From positions 5,292,325-5,356,324 of the forward strand of contig NC_057718.1 of the NCBI RefSeq assembly GCF_004010195.1: DNA of 64,000 nucleotides. The letters are read 5' to 3'. The notes under the pieces are model-generated. The model was not told the DNA's origin. It searched no databases and saw only the letters and a program-made list of their open reading frames with translations. Source of the stretch: Chiloscyllium plagiosum. Its lineage: Eukaryota. Positions within the stretch are counted from its first letter, which is position 1. Every line of letters begins with the position of its first letter. Shown piece by piece: positions 52,240 through 64,000 of this stretch. Both the position numbers and the translations under genes were made by a program.

Positions 52240-54775
52240 TAGAATCCATAGAACATAGGACATAACAGCGCAGTACAGGCCCTTCAGCCCTTGATGTTGC
52301 GCCGACCTGTCATACCAATCTGAAGCCCATCTAACCTACACTATTCCATGTACATCCATAGGCTTGTCCAATGACGACTTAAATGTACTTCAAGTTGATG
52401 AATCTACTACTGTTGCAGGCAAAGCATTTCATATCCTTACTACTCTCTGAGTAAAGAAACTACCTCTGACATCTGTCCTATATCTATCACCCCTCAATTT
52501 CAAGCTATGCCCCCTCATGTTCATGTTCACCATACTTGGAAAAAGGCTCTCCCCGTCCACCCTATCGCGCCCTCTGATTATCTAATATGTCTCCATTAAG
52601 TCACCTCTCAACCTTCTTCTCTCCAACGAAAATAGCCTCAAGTCCCTCAGCGTTTCCTCATAAGACCTTCCCTCCATACCAGGCAACATCCTAGTAAATC
52701 TCCTCTGCACCCTTTCCAAAGCTTCCACATCCTTCTTATAATGCAGGGACCAGAAATGTAAACAATACTCCAAGTGCGTCTGCACCAGAGTTTTGTACAG
52801 CTGTAGCATAACCTCNNNNNNNNNNNNNNNNNNNNNNNNNNNNNNNNNNNNNNNNNNNNNNNNNNNNNNNNNNNNNNNNNNNNNNNNNNNNNNNNNNNNN
52901 NNNNNNNNNNNNNNNNNNNNNNNNNNNNNNNNNNNNNNNNNNNNNNNNNCCGTCATTATCCACCAACCTTAGTGTCATCTGCAAATTTACTAACCCACCC
53001 TTCTGCACCCTCATCCAGGTCATTTATAAAAATGATGAACAGCAGTGGACCCAACACTGACCCTTGCGGTACACCCCCAGTAACTGGACTCCAGGATGAA
53101 CATTTCCCATCAACCACCACCCTCTGTCTTCTTTCAGCAAGCCAATTACTGATCCAAACTGCTATATCTCCCACAATCCCATTGCTCCGCATTTTGTACA
53201 ATAGCCTACTGTGAGGAACCTTATCAAACGCCTTGCTGAAATCCATATGCACCACATCAACTGGTTTACTCTCATCTACCTGTTTGGTCACCTTCTCAAA
53301 GAACTCAATAAGGTTTGTGAGGCACGACCTATCCTTCACAAAACTGTGCTGACTATCCCTAATCAAATTATTCTTTTCCAGATGATTTTAAATCCTATCT
53401 CTTGTAATCTTTTCCAACACTTTACCAACAACTGAAGTAAGGTTCACTGGTCTATAATTACCAGGGTTGTCTCTACTCCCCTTCTAGAACAGGGGAACCA
53501 CATTTGCTATCCTCCAGTCTTCTGGCACTATTCCTGTAGACAATGATGACTTAAAGATCAATGCCAAAGGCTCGGCAATCTCCTCCCTGGCTTCCCAGAG
53601 GATCCTAGGATAAATCCCATCCAGCCCAGGGGACTTATCTATCTGCAGGATTTCTAATACCTCCTCCTTGTGAACCTCAATCACACCTAGTCTAATAGCC
53701 TGTATCTCAGTAATCTCAACAACATTGTCGTTTTCTAGAGTGAATACTGTCGAAAAATATTCATTTAGTGCTTCCCCTATCTCCTCTGACTCCACACACA
53801 ACTTCCCACTACTATCCTAGATTGGCCTTAATCTTACTCTCGTCATTCTTTTATTCCTTAAATACCTATAGAAAGCCTTAGGGTTTACCCTGATCCTATC
53901 CTCCAACAACTTCTCATGTCTCCTCCTGGCTCTTCTGAGCTCTCTCTTTCGGTCGTTCCTGGCTACCTTGTAACCCTCAAGTGCCCTAACTGAGCCTTCA
54001 CATTTCATCCTACCATAAGCCTTCTTCTTCCTCTTGACCAGAGATCCCACTTACTTCGTAAACCACGTTTCCCGTACTCTACAGCTTCCTCTCTGCCTGA
54101 CAGGTACATACTTATCTAGGACACTCAGGAGCTTTTCTTTGAATACGTTCTACATTTCTAATGTGCCCATCCCTTGCAGTTTTCTTCCCCATCCTATGCT
54201 TCCTAAATCTTGCCTAATCGCATCGTAATTGCCTTTCCCCCAGCTGTAACTCTTGCCCAGTGGTATACACCTATCCCTTTCTATCACTAAAGTAAACATA
54301 ACAGAATTGTGATCGCTATCACCAAAGTGCTCATCTACTTCCAAGTCTAACACCTGGCCGGGCTCATTACCCAGTATCGATTCTAATGTGGCTTTGCCCC
54401 TTGCTAGCCTGTCTACATACTGTGTCAGGAAACCCTCCTGCTCACACTGGACAAAAACTGAACCATCTGTAGTACTCGTAGTATAGTGTTCCCCCAGTCA
54501 ATACTTGAAAAGTTGAAGTCCCCCATGACAACTACCCTGTCTTTCTCACTCCTATTGAGAATCATCTTTGCTATCATTTCCTCTACATCTCTGGAACTAT
54601 TCGGAGGCCTATAGAAAACTCCCAACAGGGTGACCTCTCCTTTCCTGTTTCTAACCTCAGCCCATACTACCTAAGTTGACGAGTCCCCAAACATCCTTTC
54701 TGCAACTGGAATACTGTCCTTGACCAACAATGCCTCACCCCCCCCACCCTTTTACCATCTTCTCTGATCTTACTG
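52240..54775 (-). mobile_element. CR1 LINE ORF2 (endonuclease and RT), degenerate, contains gap
   Basis: [59 protein letters not shown]; same subfamily as 1530-4190. Confidence 0.93.
52816..52949. other. Assembly gap (N run)
   Basis: 134 N. Confidence 1.
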
Positions 54776-55584
54776 AACTCCCTTATTCTTCTTCAAGTAG
54801 TATCATGTTATTAACTCTGCAGGCATTATTGGGACCAAGATTTAATGGATATTACCTACAACTTACTGAAGAATTTCTGAGTGTACCCCACCTAGAAATG
54901 TCAGCAATATCAGCATTTAAGTTTATTGGGCTGGACCAATGATTATCCACGTCTTTAGTGTTATTGATATTCAATTCTTAGGGCAGTGATCAACTGAAGA
55001 ACAACTCTGATCCATTATTTTTTAGATTAGAGAATTGGCTGTACTTCCAATGCACTTGTCAACTTTAATGCTTTCTCTCATTAATCAAATCAAGTATTGC
55101 TGTGGTTCCTGACAGCAAGCCAACACTTTCAGTTATTATGAACCCGAAGTTCATAACTGTAAACTTTCCATCTATAATGAGTATTTGCAGAACAATCTTA
55201 CTCCAACCTTTAATATTACAGCCTTCAATTTCCGTACATGCTTTGTTCTATCTAACAGAGTGCCTTTGGAGATTATTATTTACAGCAACAATAACCATAG
55301 AGAGGGATTGCTAATGTGTTCTGGGTCAATGATGTACATCAATGTTGACATCAAAGATTAAACACTATGCATTTTATTGTCACTTTTCTGTTTATTATCC
55401 TGGATGAATATTGGACTCACCAAGGTTGTGAATGTTAGTGTGGAGTATAAATGATCTGTCACTGATGGTAATGCCAAGTGATTCCAGTTCAAGGAGAATT
55501 TATTTCCTAAATTTACCTGCCTCGCTAACTCTTTCTTAAAGATGCTCTTTAAGACCTCTTTGACATCTCTCCTAATATCCCAAA

Positions 55585-56282
55585 ATGAATGTAAATTTGC
55601 TCACTGAGCTGGAAGGTTCAGTTTCAGACGTTTCATCACCATTCTAGATAACATCACCAGTGAGCCTGTGGATGAAGCACTGGTGGTATAGCCCACTTTT
55701 TATTTATGTGTTTAGGTTTCCTTGGGTTGATGACACCATTTCCTGTGGTGATGTCATTTCCTGTTTTTTTTCTCAGGGGTGGTAAATGGGATCCAAGTTA
55801 ATATGTTTGTTGATAGAGTTCCGGCTGGAATGCCATGCTTCTATGAATTCTCACACATGTCTCTGTTTGGCTTGTCCTCAGATGGCTGTGTTGTCCCTGT
55901 CAAAGTGGTGTCCTTTCTCATCTGTATGTAAAGATACTAGTGAGAGTGGATCATATCTTTTTGTGGCTAGTTGATGTTCATGTATCCTGGTGGCTAGTTT
56001 TCTGTCTGTTTGTCCAATGTAGTGTTTACCAACCCCTGAGAAAAAGAACAGGAAATGACATCACCATGGGAAATGATATCACCACAGGCTATTGTGTCAC
56101 CAACCCAAGGAAACTTAAACACATAAATAAAAGTGGGCCATACCACAAATGATTCATCCGTAGTTTCATTGATGATGTTACCTAGTATGGTGACGAAAAG
56201 TCTGAAACAGAACCTTCCAGCTCAGTGAGCAAACTTAGATCCAGAACCTCAACCTGAGCTACAAATCTACTCAAAACTTGCT
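55585..56282. mobile_element. Family C Penelope-like element with GIY-YIG endonuclease remnant and inverted arms
   Basis: Minus strand, about 56027-55772, translates KHYIGQTDRKLATRIHEHQLATKRYDPLSLVSLHTDEKGHHFD...*...EFIEAWHSSRNSINKHINLDPIY (two stops). About 200-bp inverted arms with decayed hammerhead cores; imperfect TSD ctaat(at)cccaa. Confidence 0.85.
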
Positions 56283-57726
56283 AATCCCAATGTGATTCTG
56301 TGTCAAGTTTCACCTTGCTAACACTCTCATGAAGCATCTTGAAGTGCTTTACTATGTTAAAGGCACGATAAAAATTCAAGCTTTGACATTTCTCCCTTTC
56401 TTCAGTTCCATTAGCATGAGAGTGAAATTTTACTGTAATTGCAGCATAGCTTGGGCAGCCTTGTATTGCATCCTCGCTGCTTTACACACAGGCTGAATAG
56501 TTACTATCCATCTTGAGCCTGAATTTCAGTTCTGGGTCTTGAGTCAGAAACCGAGTCAATGTAAACTATCCCACAATCCACATTGGCTGCTCCTGCATTC
56601 TGTACAAAGTGACAGTTAAGAGCAGTTTTTGCTCTTTGAGTCTGTGCACCTTGCCAAGCCAGTGCTGTACTAGCTATGAAAATACTTCAGTGCATTCAGA
56701 ACATTGTGAACATGCAGAATATGTGGATTCTGCCCTTTATGAATGTTGTTTTTAAAGCCATGATTAATTCCTCAGCCTGGTCTTCCAGGAAGTGCCATGT
56801 AACTTGTTTTGCTGTGTGAGTCCAAAACACATGAAAGCTGACATTATCAATTTTCACTTCTGAACTGAGATTCATCTTTCAGCTTCTTTAGCAATGCTGA
56901 GCAAATATGTGTTTTTTACATCTTCCTCACCATTTAATAACCAATACCTCACCTCTTACTGTGTGTTCTTTGGTTAATTAGCAGGAAACTAGACTGTAAG
57001 ACTGCTAATGAGGAGACTTAATGATTGAAACTGAGCTGTTTCAGCACTGATGCAAGTTAAACCATCACCAGAGGACCAGAGTCAATCAGTGCAAAGCTAG
57101 AAACATTTAGTTGAGGAATTAGACAGGAAGACACAGTGATTAACACAGGAAATACTTTCCTGCATAAGAATTAAAAATCCTGGAGTCGTTGAATTGATAG
57201 ATCTTCAAAAGAAGATTGAGGTAATAGAGCTCTAGGGGAGTGAGAGAACACAATTAAGCCCTTCAAAGTCGTTATACTATTTGAGGATTATGGCTGATCT
57301 GATTGTGGTTTCATCTTCATGTTTCTGACTGTGTTCCATGACCATTGACCCCCTTCTTTGTGAAAAATCCATCAAACTCAATTTTGTATTAATTTAAACT
57401 CCAAGCTCCCACTACCTTCTGGGATAGGGAATTCCACAATTTACTGACCCTCTGATAGAGAAAACATCCCTTTATCCCTGTTTTAAGGGATGAACTCTTG
57501 TTCGTAAATGATGTCCCTTTAGGTTTGGTTTCCTCTGCAACAGAAACATCCTTCATCTACCCACCCTGTCAAGTCTCCTCATTCTTCTAAATGCCAAAGG
57601 ATATTAGCCATACCTGTTGAATGTAACACAACCCTTCATCCTAGCAATGAGTTCCTAAGCAATTATAAACTTTTCAAGCAATGAGACCAAAATTGGATGT
57701 AGTATTCCAGATGTGGTCTCACTATT

Positions 57727-57855
57727 CCTGATGAAGAACTTATGCTCGAAACATAGACTCTCCTGCTCCTCTGATGCTGCTAGACCAGCTGAGCGTTTCT
57801 AGCACCACACTTTTCAACTCTGATCTCCAGCATCTGCAGTCCTCACTTTCTCACA
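57727..57855 (+). mobile_element. Family A single-arm relic starting at the hammerhead core
   Basis: cctgatgaagaacttatgctcgaaacata...ccagcatctgcagtcctcactttctc; 14-bp TSD gtggtctcactatt. Confidence 0.7.
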
Positions 57856-60065
57856 GTGGTCTCACTATTGCCTTGTACAGTCTCAGTCAAACTTCTTTAC
57901 TTTTATATTGCATCCACCCCACAACAAACAACTGAAATAGCTCCACAGATGCCAGTAGCCTGTCAACAAGTCATCTTTTATATACAGGAGGAAATTCCTT
58001 GACACTGATCCAGCTCCCTCAGAGCCAGCTCTCAGAGTGAACAGAACCTCTGACACTCCTGTTCTTATCTATCAGCCAGGGCTCCCTGATTGGACAATGT
58101 TAACAGCCCCAGTCAGGGAACTCATATTCCCTGAAGTCAACCTGACTGTAACAACAACATTCAATTTATCTTCTGTTGTGATCGCAACTGATGATAATAC
58201 TGGCCAACTCAGACCCCTGGGTAAAACCTGACTCTTAGTAAACTTCAAAGTAAATCTATGGTGGTCAACCACGGAACATATACACATGAGACTCCCAATG
58301 TATTCTTATCAAAAATTGTACTTGTAATACACAAAAATCTCTTTCTAATGAGAGCCAAAGTATTATTTTGGGAATGAAAACTGGGAAGAATTGAAATTTT
58401 GAACACATTTTGCACTCAAATATCAAAAGTGGAACTTTACTGTGGTTATTATTTTAAAATGCTAAGTAGCTTTAGAGCTGTGTAGAGAGAGATAAGCTAG
58501 CTTTGTTACTGTTGCAAGATTAACCAGTGAAAGTAATCTGAAGGCTGCCTACCAGCATCTTTTGGACGGTTTGGTTTTGCCACAGGCTGCGGAGTGGTGC
58601 ACTCAAAAACAAAAACCTGCAGCAAAGGTATGTCTCTCTCTCCTGGAAAAGAAAATGAAACATCATAATTGTGGAAGGAAGGCATTCTCTGTTGCAAACC
58701 GTCTTCCCCCATGAGTAAAAGGCAGTGCTCAAAATGTCAAGAGACTTCCATTGCCCTACACCAATGCAACCTGATGTTATCAATGAGATCTGAGAATGTC
58801 ATCTAATTCCACTTTCCTGGTTTGGACACTTGATACATAAGATTCTAATTTTGATCTCACACACAATAACTCTGGAGAGTGATATATCCCCTCTTGTCCT
58901 GTCTATGTATGAATGTGTGTGTTTGGTTTAAAGGGCATATAATTTAGGTTTGCATAGAAGTAATTAATGATCTGTTTTACAACTTGTTTAAGATGAAGTT
59001 TGTTCATTTTGAGCAAGCTTTTGGCTTTTTTTAAACTCTGACGGCCTGAAAAATTCTTTCCAGTTGTGAAAATGCTTGAGGCTTCCACTTAATCTCAGAC
59101 TCCTGTGACAATAGTATGGCTTTAAGAGTTTTGTTTTTGAGCTATAGGTCATGAGCTGTCTCCACCAAGCCAAGAAAGTAAACAGCTTGTGAGGGCCTGG
59201 GCTTTTTTCTTATAGCTGCAAAAGTAGAAGCAGCATGAACGGGCGCTGTTTCTTAAATCCTGTACAATTATCCGACTTACTGTTCACCTTTGCAAATTTG
59301 GATGGTGTTTCTTTCCATTTGGTACAATCCTTCATTTCCTGATTGAGCCATGGATGGTACAGCCTTCTCAAAGAGTCTTTCTTATTGAGTTAAACCTTTT
59401 TTGAGATTTATGAAATAACCCCTTCACAGTTGGTTGATGCAAATCTACTGACTTATATTTTAACCTGGTTTCCCAGCTCATCTTAGCCAGCTCTATCTTC
59501 AGACTCTCATTGCTTCTTATATTTAGATTTGAAACATTAGTTATGGGAGATAATCCTCCACCTGTAATTGCATTTTGACTTTTCAATGTCCCATCAATAC
59601 TTTGTATCTTCACACAATTTTTTCCCTTTTGGGAGTAGCAGGGAAGTGTTGAAAGATTTAGCAGGCTGCTTATCAACCTGTTTGAATTGGGACATTAACA
59701 TTCCTTCTGTGATTTGCCAATGTTGACGTAAGTCTTGAACCCAGAGCTTCTGGCTGAGATTTAGGGACTCTCTCAACTGAGCAATGGATCCAGGCCATTA
59801 CCAAAAATCTTCCCATGCCACTGTCTCAACAATTGAGAAGGAATTGCTTTTGTATACTTAGCCCTTCAACACAACTTCTCAGTTTTAGAGGGGAGTAAGT
59901 TTTAATAAAAATCAAAATACTACCGACATGGTCGAGACTGCCACCTCAGTGACAACTGAAAACCTCAATGTCATTCCATCACTTGGTCCCTTCCGTAGGC
60001 ATTTGCATATCCTGGAAGCAAACCATAGCTTTCCGCTGTTTCTAAAACTTTACTTCTGTACTTTT

Positions 60066-60302
60066 CCTTTCTGAATACTGTGTCCCACTGCGTGTCTTCC
60101 CTGGGGATTGTCCTTCCTGAATACTGTGTCCCACTGCATGTCTTCCCTGGGGATTGTCCTTCCTGAATACTGTGTTCCACTGTGTGTCTTCCCTAAGGAT
60201 TGTCCTTCCTGAATACTGTGTCCCACTGCGTGTCTTCCCTGGGGATTGTCCTTTCTGAATACTGTGTTCCACTGTGTGTCTTCCCTAAGGATTGTCCTTT
60301 CT
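60066..60302. repeat. 46-bp minisatellite, five copies
   Basis: Unit ctgaatactgtgtyccactgygtgtcttccct(gg/aa)ggattgtcctty starting at 60071, 60117, 60163, 60209 and 60255. Confidence 0.95.
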
Positions 60303-60536
60303 ACATCAGCTCCATAAACCCTCCAGCCACTTCCTTATGAAATACACTTTCAAACTGGGTATGAGTTGCTTCTCACATTCCATGTGGGTGAATGACAGAG
60401 TCAGCATTTTTTGTGTTTAAGGTGTAGGCCTGCCCAACTATTTTTTTTCACTTTTCAAGTGGTGAGTGGCTGCAGATCAAGTCCAAAATGGAATTTTCTT
60501 CCATTTATGATATCTCTGGGTGTACAGGGAAACTTA

Positions 60537-60828
60537 TTAGATTCCGTACAGTATGGGAACAGGCCATTTGGCCCAACAAGTCCACACTGACCCTCTGAAG
60601 AGTTACCCACCTAGACCAATTCCACCACCCTATAATTTCCCCTGCCTATGCACCTAACACTATGGACAATTTAGCATGACCAATTCACCTGACCTGCACA
60701 TCTTTGGATTGTGGGAGGAAGCCCACACTGACACAGGGAGATTGCGAAAACTCCACACAGTTGCCTGAGGTGGGAATTGAACCCAGGTCCCTGGCACTGT
60801 GAGGCAGCAGTGCTAACCACTGAGCCCC
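60537..60828 (-). mobile_element. HE1-like SINE
   Basis: Reverse-complement head ggctcagtggttagcactgctgcctcacag...gggttcaattccc. Confidence 0.85.
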
Positions 60829-61374
60829 TTATAATTCATTGACTCACAGGGTCATAGAAACGTACAGCACAGAAACAGACCCTTCAGTCCAACACATCCA
60901 TGCCGACCAAATCTCCTAAATTAATCTAGTCTCATTTACCAGCATTTGGCCCTTATCCGTCTAATCCTTTCCTATTCATATCCCATCCAGATACCTTTTA
61001 AATGTTGTAAGTGTACCAGCCTCCACCACCTCCTCTGGCAGTTCATTCAGTCTGAAAAAGGTTACTTCAACTCTCCTCTCCATGGTAACAGGTATAAACT
61101 GGATTTGTGTTCAAATTGGAATATGAATTAGTCTCCCCGAATTGCAATTGTTTTTCATCTTAGAAACAATGGGACTGGTTCTGTACCAACTATTTCCAAT
61201 CTGATACTAATAACACACTGATTTAAGACACTCAGACGTTCCTCTTTGTAAGCCTTGAAACAACTGTCTTTGTCCCTGTATTAACATTTGGCATCTCTTT
61301 GTCAATAACGAAATGTGAATCTTTGATTAAACCGCTAAACACATTCAGGTCAGGATCCTGCACGAGTCATTTCA

Positions 61375-62607
61375 CTTCTTTGGAGGCAGTTCAGAAAAGA
61401 TTTACTGGGCTTGACATTTCTTAGTTTGGAGAATAATGATCAAAGGATAAACAGATTGGGACTCTACTCATTGGAGTTTAGCAAAATGAGAGGTGATCTC
61501 ATTAAAATTTATCAGATTCTAAATGGGCTCGACAGGGTTGAAGTTGAGAGGATATTTCCCCTCATGGGAGTGTCTCGGACCAGATGGTATAGTCTCAGAA
61601 TAAAGGGGCTCCAATTTAAGATTGAGATGAGGAGGAATTTCTTCTCTGAGGGTTGTGAGTCTTTGGAACTCCATACCACAGAGAGACCTGTGGGGGCAGA
61701 GTCCAGAATCTCAGTGAGTCTCTCTCTCACTGCAACCCCTAGGTCATCTCCTCTGCCCTGAACTATGCTACTTTCTCCCCCCCCCCCCCAACCCCCTCTC
61801 ATTTATCTCTCCACTCTGCAGGCACCCTGTCTCTATTCCTGATGAAGGGCTTTTGCCCGAAACGTCGATTTTCCTGCTCCTCAAATACTGCCTGACCTGC
61901 TGTGTTTTTCCAGCACCAATCTAATCTAGACTCTGGTTTCCAGCATCTGCAGTCCTTGTTTTTACCAGGGCAGAGTCCATGTGAACCTTTAAGGCTGAGA
62001 TAGATTCTTGATCAGTTGGGGAATCAAGGGTTACGGGGAAATGACAGGAAAGCAGATGTGAGATATTTCGGGTCAGTTGGGACATCATGTTGAGGTTGAT
62101 GAAGCCTCTTCTAGAATACTATGTGTAGCTCTGGTCTCCCAGTTATTGGCAGGGTATGACTAAACTGGAGAGGGTTCATAATAGATTTATCAAGATGTTA
62201 CCAGGACTGGAATGTTTGAGTTATAAAAATAGGTTGGTTCGACTGGGATTTCTTTCACTGGAGCGTAGGAGGTTGAGGGGTGACCTTATAGAATTATGAA
62301 GTCAGGCGAATATCAAAGGTCATTTTCCTAAGATGGGAGAATTCAAGACTAGAGGGCACATTTTTCAGGTGAGAAGAGAAAGATTTAGAAAAGACATGAG
62401 GGGCAATTTTTTATGCAGAGTGGTTAGTGTGTGGAATGAACTACGAGAGGAAGTGATGGATGTGGGTACAGTTACAATGTTTAAAATGCATTTGGATAAG
62501 TACATGAATAAGAAATGTTTAGAGGGATATGGTAAAATGCAGGCAGCTGGAACTAGTTTATTTTGGGAGCAAGTTGGCATGGACTAGCGAGACTGAAAGG
62601 TCTGTTT
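61375..62607 (+). mobile_element. Two CR1 3' fragments, the first split by a family A insertion (61706-61967)
   Basis: RLGLYSLE...RGDLIKIYQIL and TRGHIFQV remnants; TSD gggcagagtcca at 61694-61705 and 61968-61979. Confidence 0.78.
61835..61870 (+). ncRNA. Minimal type-I hammerhead ribozyme motif (family A)
   Basis: ATTC CTGATGA A GGGC TTTT GCCC GAAA C GTC GATT: intact core, 4-bp stem II, palindromic ACGT stem III, GUC triplet; stem I is weak. Confidence 0.68.
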
Positions 62608-63113
62608 GTTAATGTGGAGGAGCCAGTGTTGGACTGGGGTGAACAGTTAAAAATCACACAACACCAGGTTATAGTCTAACAGGTTTATTTAGAAGCACTA
62701 GCTTTTGGAGCGCTGCTCCTTCATCTGGTAGCCGCGGAGCAGGATGATAAGACATAGAATTTATAGCAGAAGATCACCATGTCATGCAACTGAAATGATA
62801 TATTGAACAGACCTAGATTGCTGTTAAGTCTTTCATCTTTTAGAATGGGTTGCAGGTTTTGGTTCATTAATATGTAAATCCTAGAAGTTCTCTCAAGTCA
62901 CATAACTTAAGGATTTTTAACAAAAAGGTGACACCTCAGCTCAGACAATGCATTAAAGGTGTGAGGTTAGAGTCTGTCTGTATCTTAATTTTGATTCAGA
63001 CTGGTTCTATTGCCAAAGTGGAATATTACATGGATTGACTGCCTGCAGATTGTGCACTTTTTGAGCAAATAAGCCTGTTGGACTATAACCTGGTGTGTGA
63101 TTTTTAACTTTGT
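62608..63113. mobile_element. Family B Penelope-like element (long arm plus short inverted arm), inserted in a CR1 tail
   Basis: Matches 19489-19900; ends with inverted cctgttggactataacctggtgtgtgatttttaactttgt; the CR1 tail resumes as ccatgctgtatgactctatgac. Confidence 0.8.
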
Positions 63114-63305
63114 CCATGCTGTATGACTCTATGACCAGACACGAGGGACTGAATGGTCTACTCCAGTTCTTATTTCTTATGGTCTTATTGACTCATTTCA
63201 TTCATCCTACATTTAATAATATTGTTCCCAATCATAGAAATCTGATTAACCAAAACAAATGGTCCTGAAGTCATGGTAATCATATAAACTTCACATTTGT
63301 ATCAG

Positions 63306-63515
63306 TACTGGCAGTTCCTGGGTTGCGAATAGACTCCATGCTGGAGTCCAGTCACAAGTCAAGTTGTATGCAAGTCAGAAGACAATGCAGGACAATATAT
63401 AGTTTGTAAGTGGAGGAAATATTTGTATGTCAGATCTTTCAAATTACGTCCCTGGTATGCAATCATAAGCATGAGCGTTCGTAACTTGACGTTTGTAAAT
63501 CAGGGCCACCCTGTA
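63306..63515. mobile_element. Possible Tc1/mariner (Tigger-like) MITE
   Basis: Degenerate TIRs TA-ctggcagttcctgggttgcgaa ... tttgtaaatcagggccaccctg-TA with TA flanks. Confidence 0.45.
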
Positions 63516-64000
63516 TTCATTGTTTTAGGAGCTAAGAGATAGGAGGTGATCATCCAGCCTCTCAAGTCTGCTCGGTTCACCTTGATTGGAAATGATCTAT
63601 ACTTTCGTTCTAATCACCCTCTCTCGCTCCATGTTGGTTGAAAACCTCACCTATCAAAATTTTAGCATCCTTCATCATGAGGATGCGATAATTCCATCCA
63701 TAAACCTGTCTGGGAGAGAGAGACTTCAAAGTTTCCACCTGATTTTTTTGGGATAAAGTCTTGCTGATTTCTGCAGCTACTTTTAAGGTTGTGACCCTGT
63801 GTTCTTGATTCCTCTACCAGAGAAAGTAATTTCTCTTTGGCCTGCTTATGGAATACTTCTCACTGTTTTAAGCATTTTGGACAGGCCACCAATCGATCTC
63901 CCATCCTCAAACTGACACCGAGTGTTAACCTGCCAAGTTCTGCTGTTCTCCTGAATCTTTGGATCCGAGGTCAGTGGATCCTTGCTGACATATTGTGCCC

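Noticed and set aside
57935..59600. Possible solo LTRs or gag-like remnant
   Set aside because: The texture is suggestive, but I could not identify paired LTRs, a PBS/PPT, a TSD or a recognisable protein motif.
59971..60272. Repetitive ORFs over the minisatellite, or a CRISPR-like array
   Set aside because: Head-to-tail 46-bp units without spacers, unit length not a multiple of 3, eukaryotic context.

Overview
Vertebrate, repeat-rich genomic DNA, most likely from a cartilaginous fish (shark-type HE1-like tRNA-derived SINEs, abundant CR1 LINE relics, Deu-domain-like SINEs). The only host gene is a complete three-coding-exon mu-opioid receptor gene (oprm1) on the minus strand: CDS 25690-25416, 17357-17005 and 16330-15804, 384 aa, ending ...DRTNHQV. 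Its promoter has a full CRE inside an 18-bp palindrome, two flanking CCAAT boxes, a poly-C/G tract and a near-perfect REST/RE1 site, and a second RE1 lies in a CpG-rich patch about 17 kb upstream. The most striking unannotated signal is a population of short inverted-repeat insertions from four unrelated-looking families. All four carry a minimal type-I hammerhead ribozyme core (CUGANGA-stem II-GAAA-palindromic zero-loop stem III-NUH), and three retain Penelope-like (GIY-YIG) coding remnants. Several lie in the sense orientation of the oprm1 transcription unit. Repeat boundaries are approximate (read by eye). There are two assembly gaps.
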